Source: an uncultured Gemmatimonadales bacterium
GTDB taxonomy: Bacteria > Gemmatimonadota > Gemmatimonadetes > Gemmatimonadales > GWC2-71-9
Length of the DNA stretch: 64,000 nt
Direction of reading: 5' to 3'
Assembly: GCA_963730185.1 (NCBI GenBank)
Contig: CAVSQW010000015.1
Span: forward strand, 32,001-96,000
The notes under the pieces were generated by a model, which was not told the origin of the DNA, did not search any database, and saw only the letters and a list, made by a program, of their open reading frames with translations. Shown here piece after piece: positions 34,616-43,886 of this stretch; the stretch's first letter is position 1; the number at the start of each line of letters is the position of its first letter. Made by a program: the position numbers and the translations under genes.

Positions 34616-35428
34616 TCAGGGCGCCTTCGGTGTCGGCGAAGGCGGCAGGCTGAGCAGCCGGCGACGAAAGGTCTGAAATGCCGGGGTGTCCTTGGTGAGA
34701 CCCTTGAGCTGGCTGGCCGGATAGGTCGCGATCTGGGCCTCGGTCGCCGTGATCCGATCCTCCTCGAGCGGGTGGCTCGCGAAGAAGGCATCCACCGCGC
34801 CGGGGTTCGTCTGGCGCTCGTTCAAGAGGATCCGGAACATTGCCGGAATGCCGTAGGGCGAGATGCCCGCCTTGATCGTGGTCGACACGCCTTCCGCATC
34901 GGCCTGGGCCTCGTCGGTGCGGCTGAACTTCGCGAACAGGGCGCTTCCGCCCACGTTGATGGCCGCCTGGCCGGTGCTGCTGTCGCACACCTTGGTCAAC
35001 GTACAGAGCAGCGCCACCCCGACGTTGGCGCCCTGCGCCTGCTGCATCTGCTCCACCGAATGCCGCAGGGTTACGTGGCCGATCTCGTGGCCGAGCACGC
35101 CGGCCAGCTCGCTCATGTCGGTCGCCCGCTCGATCAGCCCGCGGTTGACGTAGACCCAGCCACCCGGCACGGCAAAGGCGTTGACCTCCTTGCTGTCGAC
35201 CACGGTAAAGTGCCAGGCGAGGTTGCGGGCGTCGGTAACCTTCGCGAGCTGATTGCCGAGTTGGTTGATATACCGGACGACGGCGGGATCACTGATCAGT
35301 GGTAGCTGAGCGCTGACCTGATCGGCCGTGCTGGCGCCAAGGGCGACCTCCTGCTGCTGCGAAACCGCGCACGCGGACAGAAGCACCACGGCGAGGCAAG
35401 TCGGAAGTCCGGGGCGGGTGGCGCGCAT
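34616..35428 (-). CDS. M48 family metallopeptidase (lipoprotein)
   Basis: LSAC lipobox, NAFAVPGG, HEIGH, FSRTDEAQAD, SHP. Confidence 0.92.
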   Translation of the reverse strand: MRATRPGLPTCLAVVLLSACAVSQQQEVALGASTADQVSAQLPLISDPAVVRYINQLGNQLAKVTDARNLAWHFTVVDSKEVNAFAVPGGWVYVNRGLIERATDMSELAGVLGHEIGHVTLRHSVEQMQQAQGANVGVALLCTLTKVCDSSTGQAAINVGGSALFAKFSRTDEAQADAEGVSTTIKAGISPYGIPAMFRILLNERQTNPGAVDAFFASHPLEEDRITATEAQIATYPASQLKGLTKDTPAFQTFRRRLLSLPPSPTPKAP

Positions 35429-35558
35429 TGAAGTCATTCCTTGGATGAGGCTCCTCGGCGGTGAGGCCCGGAGAAAAGCTAGAGCCGTCGTTGCGAGGGC
35501 GGTATCGATCGGTCGGTCTCACTCCTCCGAGCGAGGAGCAGCCGATGGCAACTGATTC

Positions 35559-35586
35559 AACCGCAGAGGACGCTGAGGGCGCAGAG
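35559..35586. repeat. ACCGCAGAG-type intergenic repeat
   Basis: AACCGCAGAGGACGCTGAGGGCGCAGAG preceded by GGCAACTGATTC. Confidence 0.6.
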
Positions 35587-35633
35587 CGGTTCGGCGTCGA
35601 TCAGCGAAGGGTCCCCCGCCGCGCCGAGGGCCG

Positions 35634-36020
35634 TTACGTCTCGAAGAGAGGTATTCGGAGTGCTCGGGCGGCGGCGGCGAGGCGGGCGTCGTAGGTCGCC
35701 ATCCGGAGACGGCGCTCGCGGGCGCGGAGGAAGAGAATCGAGGCCAGGTGAAGCGCGTCGAGGGTCCGAACCGGCACCGGAAAGGGCTCGAGCCCCCGGG
35801 CCAGGACCGGCGGGGCCAGCTCGATCAGGGCAACGCGGCCGAGCAGGTCGCGGACGGCGTCGCCGTGAGACTTGGCCAGGCCGCGGGCGTTGACCCGGGT
35901 CCAGAGCTCGTACTCGAGCAGGCGGCTGGAGACGAGCGGCTCGTCCCAAAGGGTGGGGGGCGGCGTGCGGTCTTCGGCGAGCAGCTGGGCGAGGGCGACC
36001 GAGGTGTCGAGGTAGATCAC
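35634..36020 (-). CDS. PIN-domain (VapC) toxin
   Basis: IYLDTS, EYE, RTLDALHLAS, TYDARL. Confidence 0.9.
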   Translation of the reverse strand: MIYLDTSVALAQLLAEDRTPPPTLWDEPLVSSRLLEYELWTRVNARGLAKSHGDAVRDLLGRVALIELAPPVLARGLEPFPVPVRTLDALHLASILFLRARERRLRMATYDARLAAAARALRIPLFET

Positions 36021-36307
36021 CGGTCGCCGCGGTCTTGGTCCAGCTCGTCGAGGAGGGAAGCGAGGGGGGCCACGGGCTGGCGGGGTGGCGGCTCCCGCAC
36101 GGCCAGGAGCGGCGGCGTGAGCCATCCCTCGCGAACGGCGTCGGCCAGGAGCGCGTCCTGGAGCGACCCGCTCCGCCCGGGCCGAGGCGGGACCAGCTCG
36201 GCGACCACCCGGTCACGGCTGGTAACCAGGACGGTCTCGCCGTTCTGGGCCAGGCGGACGTACTCCGCCAGCCGGTTCTTGAGCACCTTGAGTCCCACGA
36301 CGACCAT
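36017..36307 (-). CDS. Phd/YefM-family antitoxin
   Basis: VGLKVLKNRLAEYVRLAQNGETVLVTSRDRVVAEL; overlaps the toxin start. Confidence 0.88.
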   Translation of the reverse strand: MVVVGLKVLKNRLAEYVRLAQNGETVLVTSRDRVVAELVPPRPGRSGSLQDALLADAVREGWLTPPLLAVREPPPRQPVAPLASLLDELDQDRGDR

Positions 36308-36313
36308 GCCTTA

Positions 36314-36337
36314 AAAGTAGCTTCTAGTAGCTACTTT
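36314..36337. promoter_or_regulatory. Palindromic operator upstream of Phd-VapC
   Basis: AAAGTAGCT-TCTAGT-AGCTACTTT, perfect 9-bp arms immediately upstream of the antitoxin ATG. Confidence 0.7.
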
Positions 36338-36419
36338 GGCAATTCGACGCGTGACCGTCTCTGCCCGGGGTCGGGTTGGCCTGGCAGGCTCGGTGGGTGG
36401 GCGGCGACAACAACTGCTT

Positions 36420-36737
36420 CACCGCAGAGGACGCCGAGGGCGCTGAGGGCTCCCGTGTCGTTGCCGGCATCCCGGCTGGGTGAGGACTCGGCTTGATGTG
36501 GGGGTGTGCGTGGTGGGGATGTCGCGGGGGCCTGGGATCGGTAACCACTGGTTAACCACAGAGGGCACAGAGGGCACAGAGGAACAGCCACAACGATAGG
36601 ATACAACGACAATCGCTCAATCCAGGTCCTCCGCGGACTCTGCGACCTGTGCGGTGAATTCTGCTGTGGTTGCCGTTGTTGTTGCTGTTCCCCCCTAGTT
36701 GCCGTTCTCTGTGTCCTCTGTGCCCTCTGTGGTTGAC
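36420..36737. repeat. Cluster of ACC(G/A)CAGAG repeats including nested inverted pairs
   Basis: CACCGCAGAGGACGCCGAGG at 36420; AACCACAGAGGGCACAGAGGGCACAGAG (~36553) pairs with CTCTGTGTCCTCTGTGCCCTCTGTGGTT (~36707-36734); a further reverse copy lies near 36630-36659. Confidence 0.7.
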
Positions 36738-36860
36738 CAGTTGTTGCGGAGCCCAACCAGCCGACGGCTGCGGACGAGGCACGTCGTGACCCGGATTGGG
36801 CTCTTGCGCGGTGGCGCGGCGGCCCCTACCTATGGGACGATCCCCAGTCTGGAGTCCCCG

Positions 36861-38117
36861 ATGCCCCAGTTGGCGCGGTTTCCTGGGTCGTGGCTCGTGG
36901 TGCTGGCGGCCGCCGCCTGCACCGGGAGCACCGAGATCGTCACGCCGCCGCCTCCGCCGGCGAGCGGGTTCACGCTGCGATTCGTGCCGGAGCCGGAGGA
37001 CGGGGCGACGGCGGCGGCGCTGGGATGGGGAAGCGGGTTACCGGGGTTGGCGGTGACGCTGACGCCGTCGGACTCGAGCCAGCCGGCGCGGACCTTCACG
37101 AGCGAAGGCGACGGGATGGTGGCGATCCCGGACCTGGTGGCGGGGGACTACATCGTGGAGGCGAGCCGGTGGCTAACGGCGGGGGAGCGGGCGGAGCTGG
37201 CGAGCGGGGACGATGGGGACGGGTTCGCGACCCGGACGGTGCTCCGAACGGGAACGGGGGTGGGCAGTACGACGATCGCGGTGCCGGCGAGCCGGCGGCG
37301 GTCGCTAGTGATCAGTGAGTGGGCGTTCAACCCGGGGCAGACCCCTGGTCGTGGCGGGTACGATTTTGGCGGCTTTCTGGAACTCTACAACAACTCGGAC
37401 ACCACGCTGTTCCTCGATGGCATGGTCGTGGCGCGGGGACTGGATCACGAGCTGGACTATCCTCTTTATCCGTGTGGCGGCGAGTATCACACGTTCAGTG
37501 CCGACGCAAGAGGTATTTGGACGCTCGGATACCAGGTCTTTCCCGGTGCCGGCCATGACTATCCGATCCTTCCTGGCCACGACATCGTGATTGCCACTGA
37601 TGCCATCGACCATCGACCCTTCTATCCCGGGGCAATGGATCTCAGTCATGCAGATTTTGAGTTCGTCGGCGCCGCGGACCCCGACAATCCTGCGGTTCCC
37701 AACATGGTGAACACGGGGTATGACCGCGACTTGCAGGGGCATGGCCTCTTTTGGCAGGACTTGGGGGCGATCGCCGTGGTGGCGATGCCGCTCGACACGG
37801 CCGCCCTGACGACGGCGGTATACCCCGGCACCAGCACATTCGCGTTCCCACGAATCCCGGGCGATAAGGTCCTCGATGTTGTTGCCATGAGGGCAGTCCG
37901 CGACTATGGCTACGCGTTGTGTCCTTCCATCCTGAATCCGCAATTCGATCGCGAACCGTTTGTGGGGCGCGGTGCAGACGTGGTGGCCGAATTTCTCTAT
38001 TCGGTATCACGGCGCGCCGCCGACCTGCCCAACGGCGGCCGGCCGATCCTACGAGACACGAGAAGCAGTGATGCCGACCTGGTACGAACCATACGAACGC
38101 CGGGGGTCGTCCCATAG
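36861..38117 (+). CDS. DUF4876-like lipoprotein, copy 1 (D1)
   Basis: Lipobox LAAAAC; FLELYNNSDTT.FLDG, FPG.G..YP..PG..IVIATDAIDH, DLSHADFEF, DPDNPAVPN match my recollection of DUF4876 / lamin-tail-like lipoproteins. Confidence 0.8.
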   Translation: MPQLARFPGSWLVVLAAAACTGSTEIVTPPPPPASGFTLRFVPEPEDGATAAALGWGSGLPGLAVTLTPSDSSQPARTFTSEGDGMVAIPDLVAGDYIVEASRWLTAGERAELASGDDGDGFATRTVLRTGTGVGSTTIAVPASRRRSLVISEWAFNPGQTPGRGGYDFGGFLELYNNSDTTLFLDGMVVARGLDHELDYPLYPCGGEYHTFSADARGIWTLGYQVFPGAGHDYPILPGHDIVIATDAIDHRPFYPGAMDLSHADFEFVGAADPDNPAVPNMVNTGYDRDLQGHGLFWQDLGAIAVVAMPLDTAALTTAVYPGTSTFAFPRIPGDKVLDVVAMRAVRDYGYALCPSILNPQFDREPFVGRGADVVAEFLYSVSRRAADLPNGGRPILRDTRSSDADLVRTIRTPGVVP

Positions 38118-38170
38118 GTTGCCTTGGGGACGGCGCTCCGCTGGGGCGTGCCGTCCCCGCCGTTCAGGAC

Positions 38171-38419
38171 CTAGTAGAGGCAGCGGCAGCAACCGTTGGT
38201 CGAGCCCCACTGAGCCTCGACCTCCTCCCCGTGGACCGCCACGCACGCGGCCAAGCACGCTCCCTCGTCCGGCTGCTGCCCGAGCCAATTCCAGCCGTCG
38301 TCGGGGCAGGTCAGCGCATTGGCCGGCGTGGCAACCGCCACCACCCCTCCGAACGCCAACGCCCCCGCCACCGCCACTCCAAACCCCCATCCGCCGAGCC
38401 TCTTGATGCTGCGTGACAT
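38171..38419 (-). CDS. Secreted six-cysteine peptide precursor, copy 1 (p1, 82 aa)
   Basis: Strong RBS AAGGAGGAG; signal peptide ending PANA; mature LTCPDDGWNWLGQQPDEGACLAACVAVHGEEVEAQWGSTNGCCRCLY; four paralogues in the window. Confidence 0.85.
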   Translation of the reverse strand: MSRSIKRLGGWGFGVAVAGALAFGGVVAVATPANALTCPDDGWNWLGQQPDEGACLAACVAVHGEEVEAQWGSTNGCCRCLY

Positions 38420-38472
38420 GATCTCCTCCTTGCTGCGGGAAGAACAGCGAGCACCGCCGCGACCCGAGGTGG

Positions 38473-38784
38473 TCACGGGCGGACGCCCGCGGAAGTAGTC
38501 GTGGGTGGGGTCGCCCCGGGGGCGACCGTGCCAGGGGGCGGTGGGTCCCACGCGCCGAAGTCCCCGCGCAGGGCGGCGTAGACCGAGTCGAGGACCGGCC
38601 CGGGCTCGAGCCGGCCGGTGTGGGCAAAGACCACCTCGCCCCAGTGGTTCAAGACCAGGGTCTGCGGCACGGCCCGGGCCCGGGCGAGCTGGGCGGTCTT
38701 CCAGTCGGGGAAGGTGGCCACTGCAAAGGCCAAGGCGTGTTCGGCCGCGGAGCACTGGAGGGTCCCGACCGAATCCAGGCCAAG
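38473..38784 (-). pseudogene. 3' remnant of TlpA-like thioredoxin (CPYC and anchor missing)
   Basis: LGLDS...ATFPDWKTAQLARARAVPQTLVLNHWGEVVF matches the C-half of 45511-46161; homology stops abruptly near 38784. Confidence 0.8.
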
Positions 38785-38938
38785 CTGCCGCCTGTCAAGC
38801 CGTGCCTCCTCCACGCCCGTTTCACGTGCTCGTCGGCGCGAGCCAGCCTGCGCACGGGCTCCGTGGCCCGGTTTGGGCTCTTGCGCGGTGGCGTGGCGGC
38901 CCCTACCTATGGGACGATCCCCAGTCTGGAGTCCCCCC

Positions 38939-40186
38939 ATGCCCCGCATGGCGCGGTTTCCTGGGTCGTGGCTCGTGCTGCTGGCGGCCGTCGCCTGCAC
39001 CGGGAGTACCGAGATCGTGACCCCGCCGCCCCCGCCGGCGAGCGGGTTCACGCTGCGATTCGTGCCGGAGCCGGAGGACGGGGCGACCGCCGCGGCGCTG
39101 GGGTGGGGGAGCGGGTTACCGGGGCTCACGGTGACGCTGACGCCGACGGACTCGAGCCGGCCGGCGCGGGCCTTCACGAGCGACGGGGACGGGACGGTGG
39201 CGATCCCGGACCTGGTGGCGGGGGACTACATCGTGGAGGCGAGCCGGTGGCTGACGGCGGCGGAGCGCGCGGAGCTGGCGAGTGGGGACGACGGGGACGG
39301 GTTCGCGACCCGGACGGTGCTCCGGACGGGGACGGGGGTGGGCAGTACGACGATCGGGGTGCCGGCCAGCCGGCGGCGGTCGCTCGTGATCAGTGAGTGG
39401 GCCTTCAACCATTTCGGGCTGCCGGGAATCGGCGCCTATACCTACGACGGCTTCCTCGAGCTCTACAACAACGCGGATACCACGATTTACCTGGATGGGA
39501 TGATCATCGCCGAGGGGTTTCGGAACGGTATCGCCGACACACCGGCCTTTCCCTGCGCCGAGAGTCGGCCGTTTCGGGACGATTCCGCCGGGGTGTGGAG
39601 CTGGGCGATGGAGCGCTTTCCCGGCACGGGGCACTCGTTTCCGATTCACCCAGGCGAAGTCAGGACGGTGGCAACGGATGCAATTGACCATCGGGCCCTG
39701 TTCCCCGACGCGCTGGACCTGAGTCACGCCGACTTCGAGTTCCGTGGCTCGGGCGACGTAGACAACCCGGCGGTGCCGGACCTGACGGACCTCAGCCTCG
39801 CACCGTACCCCGACGGTCATGGCCTGGAGTTCCAGGGACTTGCCATCATTGCGGTCGTGGCGCTGCCCCTCGATCCAGCCAACCTGGTGCGAGGCAACGC
39901 AGGCGGCGGGGAGTACGTGCGCATTCCCAAGGCGCGAATCATGGACATCCTGACGCTCCGCTCGAACTTCGCGACCGGTTTTACGGAGTGCTCCCCGCTC
40001 GTGGCGGCGGGGATCGACCGGGAGTGGTCGGATGTCCGAGGGACCGACTACCGAGATGAGCACCGGCACTCGGTTTCCCGGCGTGTTGCGGGGCAGGGCC
40101 TCAGCGGGCGGCCGCTGCTCTGGTACACCCGGAGCTCGTTCGCCGACTTCGAGCGGACCTTGCGGTCGCCCGGCGCAATACGGTGA
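38939..40186 (+). CDS. DUF4876-like lipoprotein, copy 2 (D2, most divergent)
   Basis: Same 157-codon N-terminus (to ISEWAFN), lipobox LAAVAC; divergent C-terminal domain retains FLELYNN, TDAIDH, ADFEF, DNPAVP. Confidence 0.8.
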   Translation: MPRMARFPGSWLVLLAAVACTGSTEIVTPPPPPASGFTLRFVPEPEDGATAAALGWGSGLPGLTVTLTPTDSSRPARAFTSDGDGTVAIPDLVAGDYIVEASRWLTAAERAELASGDDGDGFATRTVLRTGTGVGSTTIGVPASRRRSLVISEWAFNHFGLPGIGAYTYDGFLELYNNADTTIYLDGMIIAEGFRNGIADTPAFPCAESRPFRDDSAGVWSWAMERFPGTGHSFPIHPGEVRTVATDAIDHRALFPDALDLSHADFEFRGSGDVDNPAVPDLTDLSLAPYPDGHGLEFQGLAIIAVVALPLDPANLVRGNAGGGEYVRIPKARIMDILTLRSNFATGFTECSPLVAAGIDREWSDVRGTDYRDEHRHSVSRRVAGQGLSGRPLLWYTRSSFADFERTLRSPGAIR

Positions 40187-40270
40187 CCCTGAGTCTCTGG
40201 TAGCAACACCCTCAGGCCCCGGCTTCACGGGCGCGAGGGGCCCGGCGCGTGGCCGAGCCCCTCCGGCGCC

Positions 40271-40517
40271 TCAGAAGTAGCAGGTGCAGCAACCCTGCTG
40301 CGTGTACCGGACCTGCACGAGTGTGGGATGCAGCGCGTAGCACGCGTCCCAGCAGTCGTTGTAGGACGGCTGGTATCCCAGCCAGTTCCACCCCGTCGTC
40401 CGCGCAGGACATGGCATTGGCCGGCTTGGCGACCGCCAGCAACCCTCCGAACGCCAACGCCCCGGCCACCGCCAGCCCGAACCCCCATCCGCCGATCTTC
40501 TTCACGCTGCGTGACAT
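40271..40517 (-). CDS. Secreted six-cysteine peptide precursor, copy 2 (p2), with one extra base in a homopolymer
   Basis: Removing one C from CCCC at 40391-40394 gives 81 aa: MSRSVKKIGGWGFGLAVAGALAFGGLLAVAKPANA-MSCADDGWNWLGYQPSYNDCWDACYALHPTLVQVRYTQQGCCTCYF. Confidence 0.8.
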
Positions 40518-40567
40518 GATGTCATCCTGACTTGAAAGACGGCAGGCACCGCCGCGACCCGAAGTGG

Positions 40568-41219
40568 TCACGGCCGGATGCCCGCGGAAGGAGTCGGACG
40601 GGGTCGGGAACGTCCGGCCGCCGAGTCGGTGGGCGGCGGGTCCCACGCTCCGAAGTCGCCTCGGAGGGCGGCGTAGACCGAGTCGAGGCCTGGCCCGGGC
40701 TCGAGCCGGCCGGTGTGGGCAAAGACGACCTCGCCCCAGTGGTTCAGGACCAGGGTCTGGGGCACGGCGCGGGCCCGGGCGAGCTGGGCGGTCTTCCAGT
40801 CGGGGAAGGTGGCCACCGGGTAAGTCAGAGCGTGCTCGGCGGCGTAGTCCCGGACCCGTGGGAGCGAGTCCAGCCCAAGGCCAATCACCCCAACGAGGGG
40901 CCGGGCGGCGCGAGTCGACTCGGCCAGGGCCGCCCAGACCGGCAAGGTGGCCCGACAGTAGGGGCAGGTGGTGGTGAAGACGAAGACGAGCTGCCGGCCG
41001 GCGGTGTCGGCGAAGGCGCCGACGGTGACGGAATCGCCGGCGAGGGTCTTGGTCCGGAAGGTCGGCAGAGCGTAACCGCGATATGGAAGCGCCGGCTTTG
41101 GCCGTGAGCTCCAGGTAGGCCCGATTCAGCGCGACCTGCCGGCGGGCCAGCAGCACGACCAGGCCTGAGGCGACGAGCAGGGTGCCGCGCAGGAGGGCGG
41201 GAATCGATCGGGTTGCCAT
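40568..41219 (-). CDS. TlpA-like membrane-anchored thioredoxin, copy A (+1 indel near 41090)
   Basis: 652 nt versus 651 nt for the intact paralogue; LVFVFTTTCPYC and AVPQTLVL are retained across the frame break. Confidence 0.75.
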
Positions 41220-41817
41220 CGCGACGCTCGTGAGGTGGAGGGCCCCTCCACGATAACACGCGCCGGCTCCCGCCATAGAGCGCCAAGCGAGCCAGAAATG
41301 GTACCGGTTCAGGCCATGAGAGCCCCGGTGACGGAAAGGCGGGCATAGAGTCATTCGGCCCCATTGAGGCGTCGAGCGGATTCCGGTTATCCTGAGACGG
41401 ATACCTCGGACCTGGTGCCTATTTCGGATCAGTCGTTGTCGAAAGGTCCGCGGCACCTCGATGAGGCGCCGACCAGATCGTTGCCTTGCTAGAGACCTGA
41501 CCTCAGCAGGTTCGCGACCTGATCCGGGTCGGCTTCCACGATGCGCGACCGGCCGGTGGCGAGGCCGCCAGCTCGATGGTCAGAGCGCAGCGGCGGCAGA
41601 CGCTTCACCGCAGACCGAGCGTCGGGTCGGGGGAGCCTCGTCGAGGAAGGCGTGGGCAATGCCGCCGTCTGTCACTCCGTGCCTCCTTCGTACCTAGTTC
41701 GCACGTGCTCCTCCCCACGAGCCAGCCCTCGCACGGGCTCCGTGGCCCGGTTTGGGCTCTTGCGCCGTGGCGCGGCGACCCCTACCTATGGGACGATCCC
41801 CAGTATGGAGTCCCCCC

Positions 41818-43074
41818 ATGTCCCTAATCGCGCGGTGTCCTGGGTCCTGGCTCGTACTGCTGGCGGCCGTCGCCTGCACCGGGAGCACCGAGATCGTGAC
41901 GCCGCCGCCCCCGCCGGCGAGCGGGTTCACGCTGCGATTCGTGCCGGAGCCGGAGGACGGGGCGACCGCCGCGGCGCTGGGGTGGGGGAGCGGGCTACCG
42001 GGGCTGGCGGTGACCCTGACGCCGGCGGACTCGAGCCGGCCGGCGCGGGCCTTCACGAGCGAAGGGGACGGGACGGTGGCGATCCCGGACCTGGTGGCGG
42101 GGGACTACATCGTGGAGGCGAGCCGGTGGCTGACGGCGGCGGAGCGGGCGGAGCTGGCGGGCGGGGACGATGGGGACGGGTTCGCGACCCGGACGGTGCT
42201 CCGAACGGGGACGGGGGTGGGCAGTACGACGATCGCGGTGCCGGCCAGCCGGCGGCGGTCGCTGGTGATCAGCGAGTGGGCCTTCAATGTCGGGCAAACG
42301 CCCGGTCTCGGCGGCTACACCAACGGCGGCTTTCTCGAACTCTACAACAATGCCGACACGACGGTGTTCCTCGACGGCGTTGTTGTAGTGAAGGGCTTGG
42401 ACCAGGAGTTCGAATCGGCGGCCTTCCCGTGTTCTGCGTTCCGTCAGTACGCGAGTGATGCTGCAGGAATCTGGAGCCTTGCCTATCAAGTGTTTCCTGG
42501 TAAGGGCCGCGATTACCCTCTGGCGCCTGGGCACGTGGTCGTAGTTGCCACCGACGCCATCGATCATGGTGCGTTCTACCCAGCCGGCCTCGACCTCCGA
42601 TCGGCAGACTTCGAATTTGTCGGGACGAGTGATGCTGATAATCCGGCGGTGCCGAATATGGTAAACACTGGGTACGATCGTGACCTTGCGGGCCACGGCC
42701 TCGAGTGGGCGGAGCTTGGCGCGGTTGTTGCCGTTGCGAGACCGTTCGATACGACGGGCTTGGTCAGGGCGGTGTTCCCGGGTACGAGTACATTCGCCCA
42801 CCCCAGGGTTCCGACAAGTGCGGTGCTGGACGCTATCGCTATTCGGTCCAACTATGATCCGAGTCGCGGCGAGTGTCCCGACATCGTTAGTCCGCAGTTC
42901 GATCGGAACCCGTTTCGGGGGCGAGGCCGCGACCTGCCGATGGAGTTTCAGTACTCCGTATCGCGACGTACGATGCCCATCGAGATTGAGGGCCATGCAA
43001 TCCTACAGGACACCCGGGCCGGCAACGCAGACCTTGTCCGAAGTCCGAGGACCCCTGGCGTGATCCCGCAGTGA
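41818..43074 (+). CDS. DUF4876-like lipoprotein, copy 3 (D3)
   Basis: Same constant N-terminus and the same conserved motifs in a divergent C-terminal domain. Confidence 0.8.
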   Translation: MSLIARCPGSWLVLLAAVACTGSTEIVTPPPPPASGFTLRFVPEPEDGATAAALGWGSGLPGLAVTLTPADSSRPARAFTSEGDGTVAIPDLVAGDYIVEASRWLTAAERAELAGGDDGDGFATRTVLRTGTGVGSTTIAVPASRRRSLVISEWAFNVGQTPGLGGYTNGGFLELYNNADTTVFLDGVVVVKGLDQEFESAAFPCSAFRQYASDAAGIWSLAYQVFPGKGRDYPLAPGHVVVVATDAIDHGAFYPAGLDLRSADFEFVGTSDADNPAVPNMVNTGYDRDLAGHGLEWAELGAVVAVARPFDTTGLVRAVFPGTSTFAHPRVPTSAVLDAIAIRSNYDPSRGECPDIVSPQFDRNPFRGRGRDLPMEFQYSVSRRTMPIEIEGHAILQDTRAGNADLVRSPRTPGVIPQ

Positions 43075-43118
43075 CCGCGAGGTGACCTGCGGCCACCCCG
43101 CGGCGGTTCAGGCGGTCT

Positions 43119-43367
43119 CTAGTACAGGCAGCGGCAGCAGCCGTTGGTGGACCCCCACTGTGCCACGACGTCTGGGCCGTGAATGCTGGAGCAGACGTCG
43201 TAGCATACGCTCTGAGATGGCTGCTGCCCTACCCAGTTCCACCCGTCATCCTGGCAGTTCAGCGCATTGGCCGGCGTGGCAACCGCCACCACCCCTCCGA
43301 ACGCCAACGCCCCCGCCACCGCCACTCCAAACCCCCATCCGCCGAGCCTCTTGATGCTGCGTGACAT
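43119..43367 (-). CDS. Secreted six-cysteine peptide precursor, copy 3 (p3, 82 aa)
   Basis: RBS AAGGAGGAG; leader identical to p1; mature LNCQDDGWNWVGQQPSQSVCYDVCSSIHGPDVVAQWGSTNGCCRCLY. Confidence 0.85.
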   Translation of the reverse strand: MSRSIKRLGGWGFGVAVAGALAFGGVVAVATPANALNCQDDGWNWVGQQPSQSVCYDVCSSIHGPDVVAQWGSTNGCCRCLY

Positions 43368-43420
43368 GATCTCCTCCTTGCTGCGGGAAGAACAGCGAGC
43401 ACCGCCGCGACCCGAGGTGG

Positions 43421-43732
43421 TCACGGGCGGACGCCCGCGGAAGTAGTCGTGGGTGGGGTCGCCCCCGGGGCGACCGTGCCAGGGGGCGGTGGGTCCCACG
43501 CGCCGACGTCCCCGCGCAGGGCCGCGTAGACCGAGTCGAGGACCGGCCCGGGCTCGAGCCGGCCGGTGTGGGCAAAGACGACCTCGCCCCAGTGGTTCAA
43601 GACCAGGGTCTGCGGCACGGCCCGGGCCCGAGCGAGCTGGGCCGTCTTCCAGTCGGGGAAGCTGGCCACCGCAAAGGCCAAGGCGTGCTCGGCGGCGTAG
43701 CGCCGGACGGCCCCGACCGAATCCAGGCCAAG
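43421..43732 (-). pseudogene. 3' remnant of TlpA-like thioredoxin
   Basis: Same truncation point and junction sequence as 38473-38784, 4948 bp further on. Confidence 0.8.
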
Positions 43733-43886
43733 CCGCCGCCTGTCAAGCCGTGCCTCCTCCACACCCGTTTCACGTGCTCGTGGGCGCGAGCCAGCCTGCG
43801 CACGGGCTCCGTGGCCCGGATTGGGCTCTTGCGCGTTGCCGCGCCGGCCCCTACCTATGGGACGATCCCCAGTCTGGAGTCCCCCC

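Noticed and set aside
38473..39177. 234-aa ORFs (also 43421..44125) as real genes
   Set aside because: Their N-terminal halves are antisense to the lipoprotein constant region; only the thioredoxin remnant is meaningful.
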